The notes under the pieces were generated by a model, which was not told the DNA's origin, did no database searches, and worked only from the letters and a program-made list of their open reading frames with translations. From Klebsormidium nitens (Eukaryota > Plantae > Klebsormidiophyceae): a stretch of DNA of 64,000 bases. The stretch spans positions 11,771 to 75,770 of the forward strand of contig DF237403.1 in NCBI GenBank assembly GCA_000708835.1, given 5' to 3'. This document shows, piece after piece, positions 51,655-62,935 of the stretch. How positions within the stretch are numbered: the first letter of the stretch is position 1; each line of letters opens with the position of its first letter. The position numbers and the translations under genes are program-made.

Positions 51655-51965
51655 CACAAGCTGAACTGCCAATATGTGCACTAGCTACAAGGCATGGCCG
51701 CGGGCCATTTGCTGCGCGCGGCGAACACTATAGTACCAGCTTCGGATGCATATCAGCATGCGCAAGACGTACGGTCCCCTGGGATCTGTCGGACCCTGCC
51801 AGCTGACCGAACTTTGAACAGATAGAGGCGGCTCACGTGCACTGAGCTCGACCAATCGAAGTGGTGGAGCTATGAATCAGACCTAGGACCATAATAGATT
51901 ATGGTAGTCGAAGCTATGGGCTGAGCATTTAAGGTGGCAATCACCCACTAATCTGACGACATCAG

Positions 51966-53742
51966 TCAGCCAAACATCGTCCGTTGCATTTCCTGCAGCA
52001 TTTCCTCGTCAAACGTGTCCCTCTTCCAGGCCTCCAGCATATCCGCATAATACGGCACCAGCTGCTCCCTCAAAATCTCCTCGTTTTCAAACAACTTAGG
52101 TAACGGCTCCATTACATACACTTCCTCCCGCGCCTTCGGCCCGTGCTTCCCAACCACCTCTAGTTCCATCGCTTTCCCTGCCTGCGCCGCTTCTTCCAGT
52201 ACCCGAATCCTTGACCATGCCTCCTCTATCATTTCCCGCTCCTTACCCCCCATCTCTGACCCGGTTTGTTCGCTGGCGATCCACAGCATGACCATGAACA
52301 TGTTTTCTCGCTCCACGTCTAACCACCACGAGATGCCGTACGTCCAGAGAAGCTCCTCCCCTGCTTCGATGTCTCGGGTTGCAACGGCAAAGCGCTCGCC
52401 CCACCGCTCAACGAAGGCCACGTTGTTCATTGTGACCAGTCTTCGAAGGTATCTGAGGAGAAATGGATTGGCTGGTTACAATGAGCAAAAGCAACAGGTT
52501 TTCTACGAAACTGCTTTTAGTAGCGATGATGAAGAATCAAGATTCACACTCGAAACACCCAACGGGACCTGGATCCAAAAGTTCCTGATCAAGACAGATG
52601 ATAAGAAAGAAAGAAAGAAAGGACTCGGCTTCTGAAGAGGCTGGGTAATAGGCTACCCTCGCTGCCGAAAGGATCCAGCTTTCATTCTTTGTTCATATTA
52701 GATCCGGCCCAACATTCTATGACGTCCAAGGGCAAGTGAACAGGCTAAAAGAACAGAAAAGCGAGCATTCTGCCCTCCCAACAAAGGAACGAGCTCTACT
52801 TAGCCTGACGACTTACTGCGCCATCTTGAGTGCGGGGTCGACGTAAAGGTCCGGGCCCCGCAGGGCGCTGTGGTCGTTCAACAAATGCGGGATCGCATGT
52901 GGGGGCCAGTCTACTTCCCGGCCATAGTAGTCATACTTCTGCCCATTCTCGCTTCCTGAGACGCTCGCCTCCGAGTCTGACTCCTCCCCAAGCGCTCCTG
53001 CGAGGTTTGTAGACCTGACCAACCCCATAGGCGCATTCAGGAGTTGCCGCTCGTTGATATACTGGGTGATCACCGTACCCGCCTTAATTGGGACCTTGGC
53101 AAAGCCCCCCCGCCCCGCACCTTCGATCTTACTGTCTGCGATGTAGAGAATGCGCCCCCGTTTTGCCAGGAAACTCTGCACCTCCTCAAGAGTCTCCCCA
53201 GGGAGCTGGTACAGCAGATTGCGGTCATACTCTCCCATCATCTGCACGACAGACTCGAACAAGCGTTCGTCTTCCGCGGCCGTCGCTGCATCCACTGACT
53301 CGGACGAAATCCTGTTTTGAACAATTTCCCTCAGCTCTTGGAGCAAGTGAGGTGGCATCTCTACCAGGAGGTTGTCTAGAAGGTCCTTGCTGAAGGGGGG
53401 AAAGTAACCGGTCGCCTTCTTGGAGTCTGGTTGCAGCACGTAGTATTTACCGCTTGCTGCCACAGCGCTCCGCTGAACCACTCTCTGACTGCGTCTTCCA
53501 ATTGTACGTCCGTCAAGCTGCAGATGTGCTTTTTGCTGCGATTCTGTCGCTCTTTGACATCTTGGCACTGTTCCACACAAGCTCCTGACAATGCCTTGGT
53601 TGGCTGCTGTGAAGGAAGGTAGAGTCCTGCCCAAAAGACTCCCTTGGTTGGTGCTTCCTGATCTTCCATTCTCGGGCCCTCCGCAAACGACGTGACCGGC
53701 CAACAGCCGGTGCGACTTCGCGATGGTAGCAAGCTCTGCCAT
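51966..53742 (-). CDS. SET-domain protein (putative lysine methyltransferase) with N-terminal presequence
   Basis: Two exons, 53742-52817 and 52452-51966, join in frame as ...PALKMAQ|YLRRLVTMNNVAF. SET motifs YIADSKIEGAGRGGFAKVPIKAGTVITQY, PHLLND and VATRDIEAGEELLWTYG. Confidence 0.8.
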
Positions 53743-54050
53743 CTCAATTGTGGAAGGTTGATTGTCCAGCACCCCTCTTTCCCTCTTTTCAGCAGCTTTG
53801 TGCTCGCAGTGGCACCAACTTGCACGGGGCAATGCAGCGCCTGTTACTGATTACTGCATGGCCCAATACTGTGTGCAGCTTTCACTGTTTCAGGGGCCTC
53901 AATCTGACGCCATGGTAACGATGAGCTGAAAATGGTGGGCGGTAACTGTTCTGAATTACACCCGAGATCCCGAGGCCGACTTTAAAACCGGCTCTCCGCG
54001 ACATTCGAAATCGCCAAAGCCCCAGTCTCCTTTTTCGCTGCCGCTGCGAA

Positions 54051-57000
54051 ATGTCATTTTTGCCGTTTCTTGCGAATCTTTCCGAGTTGTGCTCTGCTGA
54101 CGTCATGCCTATCCGATACACGTGTGCGGCACAGCGTCAGCAGGGAGGGCTTGCGAAGGAACCTTCTTGCATGCACTGCAGAAGACTGGCTGCCAGTGCC
54201 GTTGAAATGTCGTCTTGTCAGCTGGTGAGGAGGAGCTTTTTGGGGTCGCTTGCGGTTCCTGCAGCACGCAGCAAAGAAGCCTCCTGTGCGGGAAGGGTTG
54301 GCAGAATCAATCTGTGCAGACCTGTTTACACGGCTGCTGCCAGCTCTAGTTTTGTGAGCTCGTTCCGGAAGCAATTGGTGGGGAACCAGAAAGGAAGCTT
54401 TCTGTTGTCTATCGGTTCCTGGAGAACGACTGTTAAGCCACTTGAGCAATTGCAGTTTCAAAGGAGAAGCGCGATGGCGTCTGCTAAGAAGGATGAGGTA
54501 AGCAATGGAGGCAAGGTTTGTGTATACAACAGCATTGCTTGAATTGGATTACTAGGAGGCAGACTTTAGCGAGTTCCACCAATTGGCATTTCTAGTCTGA
54601 TTGCTGCCATCATTGATAATCAGATGGGGTGTTATCTTTTCATAGTGCAAGAAAGGTCGAAGTCTCTGCATTTTGTCTCAAGGCTTCTGGGGGCATGCAT
54701 ATTCGATGGGGTTTTTCAACTGGCTAGCATCTTTTCTATACAGCTTTGCTCTCTTGACCCTCTCCAGACATGCAACTACATAATCACAATTGGTTGATAC
54801 TCTGTACTTTTGAGTGTGGCTCGTTACGCAGGTTGCATGCATTTTGTTGACTGTAAAAGCAAGGCACCAATTGACCAGTTTAGCCCCTGATGTGCAGGTC
54901 AAGGTGTATCCTTTCTACCTTGCCAACAAGCCTGTCACTCCAAACCAAGCTATTGAGGTGCACAAAATCCACAATTGTTCCTTCTTTGACACCAGTCCTC
55001 AATCATGTTAGAAAAGTTGATGCATGGTGCATTTGGACACCGTAGTCTTGCCTTAAATCTATGTTTACTTGATGATATGTTGCGTTACAACTGCCCTTAC
55101 GTAACCTTCGTTGTTTGGTAGGAGAATCAGGCAATCAATGCATATTGAAGTAATTGCATTTCATCAATCTACGGTTTGCCATTTCATTTGAGGGTTTGCC
55201 CAAAACTGGCTTCTTTCATGTTGCAGGTTCTAAACAAGTACACCCAAGAAGTAGGAGCTAAGGTTGCTCGGGCCACGCCAGAGGACATTGACAAAGCGAT
55301 TGGACATGCAGTAGAAGCTACCGAGGCAATGGCAGAACTGCCAGCCTTCACGCGCCAGGTAAGCAGAGCCATGACATTGTTTTGAAATGTTTCCTGTCAC
55401 ATTCTTCTTCTAGATTGTCAACAAGATGCATGTGCATCTTTCGATGTTGTCGTTCAGTCAGTTCAAAAGTCCTCATTCAACCTGTATCAGGGATGAACGA
55501 AAATCTCCAGATTGTCGTACAGAGCTTGATCTACTTTTCTAGCAACCAGGAAGAATGTACTTGCTTTGATCCAATTCAATATATCTGCTCTCTGAGGATT
55601 AGATAGTGGATCATTTCTCTGAATTTTCTTAACGGGCCTTTGTATCATAGAACCTGTCGATGTGACTTATAGGTTTGTCGAAACCACTACTGAAATATAT
55701 ATTTAAAGCACAGAACAGAGAGAACCTACATTTTGAAGCTACTCTAATGGAGCTCAGTCGGTGGATAGTTATCTGAGTTGCCGCGCACTGTTTGCAGGCG
55801 ATCCTTGAGAAGGTTGTGACTGAGGTGACAGGCAGAAAGGAGGAGTTTGCCCGCGCCCTGTGTATGGAAGCTGGCAAGGCCATTGTGGATGCCAGGGGCG
55901 AGGTGCAGCGCCTCATCGACACATTCAAGATTGCAGCAGGTGCGGTTTCATTGGTCCTTGAGACTGCAATTGTTGTTTCAATGATTACAAATGCTAATTT
56001 GTAATCACGCAATGACTGTTGTTTAAGGGGGACGATTAGAAAGCACATACATGGGGTGCATTGCGGTCCTACTCTGCAATTGCTTCCGAGGATGTAGAAC
56101 CATCAAGTCTCACTTTGAATTCATCTGCAAATGCCTGCCAGTATCTGATAAAATACACTGCCAACGTAGCTTTTGGCCTCCACTATGGTGAAAGTCGCTC
56201 CAGTGGCAGGGCTCCAGTGGCAGACTAAGTTGTCAGCCAGACAACGCTTCATATCGAGGTGTCTGCTTGAAGGTGTTTCATCTGAAATTGGGTTGTCGGC
56301 CTGAAGGGGTTAAACCACCACATCTAGGAGCCATCGTTGTAAGTTCGCTCACTTCCCCACTCTTCTTGTGAATTTCAGGAGAGGCGGTGCGCCTGTCTGG
56401 AGAGTACCTGCCTGTGGACTACGGCCCAAGGGGCAAGGGGTTCCAGTCCATTGTTCGGCGCTTCCCGATCGGGCCTGTCTCCATGGTCTCGCCCTGGAAC
56501 TTCCCTCTCAACCTAGTTGCACACAAGGTGAGCTGGCGCATGCTCTTTCTTAGATTACTCGAAGTGTGAACTGGCGGCTGTCAATCAGATATATTCATAA
56601 ACTGGAAGTGCATCTTGTAAAGTGGCCCCGCTTAGAGTGGTTGGGCTGGAGTTGCTCATGTTGAGTAAGTTCCATAAGCATTATGAAAGAGGTGTTATGT
56701 CTCGAAAGCCCAAAACAGAATCCCGTAACATTAGGAGCATGTATTCTTGAGGGCAGCCTTTTGTTGGAGGTCAGCTGGTAGACCGGCGGATCATGAGGCG
56801 CCAAATCATTGTGGTCCGGAAACCAAACGCAGGTGTCGATTTCGTCATTCTTTTCCGGCTCGGCAGACTTCCATTCTATCAGAGCGCCTACATGATGTCC
56901 TCGTTTCTGCTGATGTTGTTCCTTTCTGAAGCCACATGCAGATGCGATTCTATGCACTCTCTTCACTTTCTATGTCCTTTCTCAGGTCGCACCCGCCATT

Positions 57001-60000
57001 GCCGCGGGATGCCCCTTCGTCCTGAAGCCCGCCAGCCGCACCCCAATCGGCGCGCTACTGCTCGGGGAGATTCTGTCCAAGATCGAGGAGCTGCCACCTG
57101 GCGCGTTCTCCATCCTGCCCTGCGAGCGCGATGGGGCCGACCTGTTCACGACCGACGACCGGCTGAAGCTGCTGACGTTCACGGGGAGCGCCTCGGTGGG
57201 GTGGCGCATGAAGGATCGCGCTGGCAAGAAGAAGGTAAGAGGAAGCTGATTATCTGTACTTTGAAGAAGAGTGCTTCCCTCATCCTTGTTGACGAGAACT
57301 GAGGTCATGAGAGAGTGTCGATTCTTGCGCCTTCTTTCGAGGCGTTTGGGTTGAGAGCGTCTGATCTTGGCTGTCGTTTGACTTCTTGAAACGAGGTGGC
57401 CAGAGGTTGGAAGGAGACGGCTGGATGTCTTGACGGATACAAGAAGCTTCAGCCAATCGGGTTGTTATTTGATCGAAAGTTGAAGGAGTTGGGTCAGGGC
57501 GCCTTGATAAAGACCTCGGGACTATGATGCAGCCGACACCTTGAGGTCAGGATTTTGCCAAAGGAAGCTTCGCATCTTTACTCAGCACTTGAGCTTCTCA
57601 ACCTAGTTTGCTTGTATGCGCGTGAATTGTGTTCCGACGGGAGGATGCTTGACACGGTTAGGTATCGATTCTACGTGCGAAGTTTGCCTGTTGAGCGTCC
57701 GTAACTGGTCTCCAGTATGCTCTCCGCGAAGTAAGGAACAAACGCTCCTTCAATTGCTTCTTCACTCCCCTCACAAGATGGTTCTGGAGCTTCGACTCGT
57801 GCTCGATGCCCCCTTGGAACATACAAAACAACAGATCATACTGAAAAATTGTTCCCTGCTGTTCCCAGGTTATTCTGGAGCTGGGCAGCGGACTTGTGTG
57901 ATTCTCACGGTATATCATACTGTTCCTTTTGCCTGTAACGAGGTGGTGTCGGATGCTCAGTCAGACCGCAGCCTGCTTCTGGAGGGACACACTGCTGTTA
58001 GTTGCGGGCTTCTATCCGGAAAACCTCTGACAAAAGTGCATTGACTACTCTTCCGCCCGCGGTTCTCAGGTCCTCTGGGAGCTCGGCAGCAACGCTGCGT
58101 GCATCGTGGAAGACCTCGTCCCCGATTTGGACGGCTCGGTGGTGCAGCTCTGATCCGTGGGCTTCCTTTACGAAAAACATTACGAAAAGTTTCACATCAA
58201 TCCGATTCTCTCCTTTCGTTTCCAAGGCGGTTCTGTTGTTCCGCTGAAACGCAGCCTGCATCCTAAGTTCCCGTCTAGTGGAACGGTCGTGAGTTGCGCA
58301 ATTAAGCTTTTTCGAACCGGCCGATTCCAGGTGGTTCTGGAGCTGGGCGGAAACGCTGCGTGCATCGTCGAGGACCTCGTCCCGACCTGGAGGGCAGCGT
58401 CGTGCAGCTGTGGTGCGCAGGCTTCTTCTCAACAGACAAAAGCACTCACTCAAGTCAAATTCACTGTCTGGCTTTCTCCAGGTGATATTGGAGCTCGGCG
58501 GGAGCTCGGCGGCAGCGCCGTGTGCATCATCGAGGACCTCGTCCCCGACCTGGACGGCACCGTTGCGTGGCTGTGGCTCGCGGGCTCAAATTTCACAAAT
58601 AAACAAAGAGACCCTTAAACAAAAAACCGTCGTCCACTGTTTCCAGGTGGTATTGGAGCTCGGCGGCAATGCTGCGTGCATCGTGGAGGACCTCGTCCCC
58701 GACCTGGACGGCACCGTCGCGCGGCTGTGGTTTGCGGGCTTCTACCAGAGCGGGCAGAGCTGCATCAGCCTGCAGCGGCTGTACGTGCACGAGAAGCACT
58801 ACGAGGACGTGAAGGCCAAGCTGGTGGAGGAGACCAAGAAGCTGAAGAAGGGGGATCCCCTTGACGAGGATACCAAGATCGGGCCCATCATCTCGGAGAA
58901 GGAAGCCATTGTGAGTTGCTTGGACTCGGCTTTTGGGTTTGTCAATTTGTTTCGTTGCTGGTGTTTCTAACAGCAGGTGGCGGCGTCGGCCGAGAGTTCC
59001 ATCTGCGGAATGAAAAGGTGCTGCATTTGGAGAGTGAAAATCCCTTAAATACGGGTCTGATGCCCAGGCATTGAATGATTGCGTCGGAGTAGGGATAAGG
59101 CGGTCGTAATTGCACGGAGTTGCTGCACTAGATAATGGGCATGTTTGCATTTGCGCTGGTGCCCGCTTCTGCGAAAGAAGTCGAAGTCAAAAAGCGAATT
59201 CTGCTCCCACGTTGGCGGACGTCAATGGGTACAACCACAGCAAGCTATTGCTTTGTTTGACGTGCGAAGATCAATTGCGTGGCTGGTGGTCGTGTAAAGT
59301 CCGCTTGTGTTGCAAAGATTGCGTAGACTTGCTCGCCGTCTTTGGAAGCGTGCAAATAGAATGTCTTCAGACCCTGATTTACACAAGCGTGCAAGTGGTC
59401 ATCGATCATTATATGGTCGGCTCAGGGCCTTTGACTAGTGTGGCCATGATGTATGGCGCGCTTGTGCCTATCCCGGCTCATTTCGTCCAACGTAAGCCAC
59501 ATCTGCAGCAGGCTGGTCTTGATCAGGCTCGTTGCCAGCACAGCTGTTCGTCTATATTTCTATTTCTCTGGTGAATTGCTCGTATTTCCAACTTGGTGAG
59601 GACTGCTCAAGCCAGGGAGGCTGAAGCAAAGACGTTATCAGCGAGTCGTAACAAATCTGCTGCTCTTTTTACAAAAATCTTACATCCTCCAAGGGTTCCT
59701 GTCCTTTCTGCTTCGCTTGTGGAGCTTCTCTGCAGGATGTTACTTTCTGTTGATCTTGCCATCCGTGCCACCAAGAAGTCAGCAGATTTTGCTCTCAGTG
59801 TGGAGTCGTTGCTTCTGTGAAAGAAAGTTCAATCGGGCAGTGACGAATTTACGCGCTGCTGGGCCTTTACTGGGCTCAGTCATGCTGTCTGTGCAGTCGA
59901 GCTGCTCTTCGTTTAACAGAATATACCGTTCAGGTGACGCTCTACACCAATGCACCTTTTGACAAAGATTTTGGGGCTGCCCCGCTTTCTCAATGATACT

Positions 60001-62935
60001 TAAAAGGATTTAAGATGTTAATGAGAGTGACCCTGTTGGGATAGATGTGTTGACCATCGGGCCATGATACACTTGGGCATTGGCCTCGCGAAAAGTTCAA
60101 CGGTGTTTTCGGGGCGCCACTCTTTGTCTTACTCATCCCTTCTGTCTGCACTGAGGTCACCGATCTCGACACCTTGCGGAATTTTTTCTCGTTTTTGTGA
60201 GTCCGCCTTTCGTGGTCTTCTATCTGACTGGTCCCGCGAATTCCTTGTCCTCATTGTGCGAGTTGCATGGTTGCAATACGTTCCTTAGGAAGAGATTCAG
60301 GACTTCGCTCGGATTGTGGTGGCAGTGACGAGCCCTTCGCTTCCTGGGCCATTGTAAGGGCTCATCGAATATCATGGGGACTGGAGCTTCGTCTCCATGC
60401 TTGGCCATGCGCCTTTTATTTCTTTATCAGTCTCGAATCTGGCAGTTGCATTCTGAATGTCTCTCTGGTCCTCTCAATATCGTTGAGTCGTCCCTTGCCT
60501 CTCGCTCCGCAACGAAAGTTGAGATGCAGCAAAGCGCAGCTTTTGTCCAGCACTTGCTGGAGCCTGCGCAGATTGTTCTCTGCCAGCCGAGTATGCATCT
60601 TTTCGCATCTGAAGATAGATGTTGTCAAAGAAGGGACAGACCTGTTGACATTTGGCCATGATATACTTTAGCGTTGGCCTCTCGAAAAGCCCAGCGGTTT
60701 TTTCTTTGAATGCCACTCAAGCATGTTTGTATATCCTTCTCCACTTAGTTACACCTACTTTCGACACCTTGTGGAAATTACATTCACTTTTGCGCCCTCC
60801 GTGTCCCTGAATCGGGGAAGGTTCCGCCATCATTGTTTTATTTGCAGGATTCGGCTGTCGTGATACGTCTACGAGGAAGAACTTCGTATCACCGCTCGAC
60901 TATATGGCAAAGACGAGACCTTTTGATTTTCTGAGCCCTCATTGGGTTCAAAGAAGAGCATGTATGATGAATGGTTATCGTAGCCAATTTAATTATGGAT
61001 GCATCCTTTTGGGAATCTGCCGTTGGCATTCAAACGCTTAATCCGGTCCTTCGCGTTGTTCAATGCGTTCTGCTTCTACCGCGCGACTGTGCGCTCGTCG
61101 ATATCACCCTTACAATCATGCGACATTGATCGTGCCTGCGTTTGAGCTGCAGAGCGGGCCTCTTTGAAACTGCGTCTTTACCCATTTAGCAGACGTTAAT
61201 ATGTCCAAGTCTTTGGTGCGAGGCACTGCTGAAGACCAGCAGGGTCGAAGTAAGTTGCAATGATGGGAAATTTGCAATCGGGCCCTACAAGGGCTCAACC
61301 ATGTGCACGGATGTTCCAGAGCTACTCCTGCAATATATTCAAAAGGTCCTGCGTTCAATCTTTCCGGTCTTTTTAAATTTTGTTCAAGCTGACGTTCCAC
61401 TGGAGGGCTTCACGTTCTCACGCAACATTTCGTTGCAGCCATGCTCGCTGACCGGGGAAGTCGTTGCGTTTTTGCCCACTTTTTTTTAAGAAGGCGCACG
61501 GTTTTCTAGCAGCTGTGCGTTTACTTGGTCTGCTCAAGCAACACCTTTGCCGTCAATCCTATCAGCAACCTTCAGTCATTAATAGGTCGCCCCCGAATGC
61601 AGAGCGATGTAGTTTCGGTGCTTTAGGTGGCTGCTGTCAACTCATCACGGAGTCACCCCCCCGTCATTAGGTCCTGCAAAGACGCCCAGTATAGTGCCAG
61701 CGTTTCCTGGTCGCCACACTCGCGTTTGCTGCATTACTCTTTTGTCGCACGTTAAGCCATCGGCCTCTTCAGCCGCTGACCCTATACCCAAACCCCTTTC
61801 TGCAGCGCATGGAGGAGTGGGTCGAGAAAGCGGTTAAGGCGGGCGGCAAGGTCCTGGTGGGCGGCAAGCGCGACGGGGTGCTCTTCGACGCGACGATCTT
61901 GGAGGACGTTCCCTTCAAGTGCGAGGTGGTGTCCGAGGAGATTTTCGGGCCCATCCTAGTTATCAGCAAGTACTCCGACTTCAAGGACGCGATCAAGCAG
62001 GCGAACGAGTCGCGGTACGGCCTGCAGGCGGGCGTGTTCACCAACGACCTCAACAAGGCCTTCTATGCGTACGAGAAGCTGCAGGTGAGCGCCGTAGCTT
62101 CTTTCTCTTTTGTTTCCTTCAGTTTGCATGCTTTTCTATTCTTCTATTTTGTGTATCCGTAAGGTCTCGTGCCTTCAAGAAAGATCTGAGAACGAGGCCT
62201 CGGTCGTAGACAAGCAAGTATGAAGTACAGTTCCACGGATCTCGACAAGGCCTCCTACGCGTACGAGAATCTGCAAGTGAGGGCCGTAGCCGTTTGCTCG
62301 CTCCTGTTCTTCGTTATGACGGCGTTTCCTTCTCCTTTCGTGTGTCGGGTGCTCCTCGTGGTATTAAAGAAAGATCTGAGAACGAGGCTTGTGTCTCAGG
62401 CCAGCGAGTGTGAAAGGACGTTTCCTAGGAGCATGTGAGCCTTTGAAGTCTTCAGAGCGGGTTCCGAGAAAGATGGCCGGCAGCTTGATACTGAGGAAGG
62501 ATATCACGTGATGCGTTAGCATATCAAGCAATAAGAGGTTGCTTGAGGCGTGTTTGTCGGATTTGAAGAGGGACGGCCAAAGACTGAGGTTTCTTCGTTC
62601 TTAGGGTCCATATTTGGTTACCGGCCTGCTTCGTTTTCATATCATATTCTTTTGCAACATAGTTGTGAGTCAAAGGAATCGATTGGGAGATGGTTTGGTT
62701 CTAGTCTAGCATGGCAGTAAATCCGCCAACTTGGACAATCCACAATTGACGGTGTGTCTAACCATTTGTGCAGGTTGGAGGCGTTCTTATCAACGACGGC
62801 CCTTCTACGCGCTTTGATAATCAGCCTTATGGAGGCCTGAAAGATTCGGGTATTGAGAGGGAAGGAGTGAAGTACGCAATTGAGCACATGACCGAGCCGA
62901 AGATCATGCTCATGCGGAACCTTGGAAAGCTCTAG
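54051..62935 (+). CDS. ALDH21: Aldehyde dehydrogenase family 21 (ALDH21-like, NADP-dependent succinic semialdehyde dehydrogenase type)
   Basis: Exons 54051(start ambiguous; in-frame ATGs also at 54171, 54207, 54472)-54497, 54898-54957, 55227-55358, 55798-55939, 56379-56527, 56986-57234, 58647-58910, 61806-62084, 62774-62935. Motifs [53 protein letters not shown] (catalytic Cys), EEIFGP and [18 protein letters not shown], closely resembling moss ALDH21 as I recall it. Confidence 0.92.
57770..58745 (+). repeat. Array of 5-6 decaying copies of ALDH21 exon 7 acceptor plus 5' part
   Basis: GT..T.(C/T)TGGAGCT.GG... copies start near 57778, 57869, 58070, 58331, 58482 and 58647 (true). The exon 8 donor is also copied (62085 true, 62277). 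Confidence 0.9.
60049..60778 (+). repeat. Diverged ~135-bp direct repeat pair inside the 2.9-kb ALDH21 intron
   Basis: GTTGAC...GGCCATGATA.ACTT...C.TTGGCCTC.CGAAAAG...TCGACACCTTG.GGAA at ~60049-60182 and ~60643-60778; about 70% identity by eye. Confidence 0.65.

Noticed and set aside
58331-58430. Apparent excess of synonymous differences suggesting echoes are under coding selection
   Set aside because: A hand count gave 8 of 14 substitutions at third positions, close to the ~50% expected when a neutral copy is compared with a functional exon evolving synonymously. The copy is also frameshifted.
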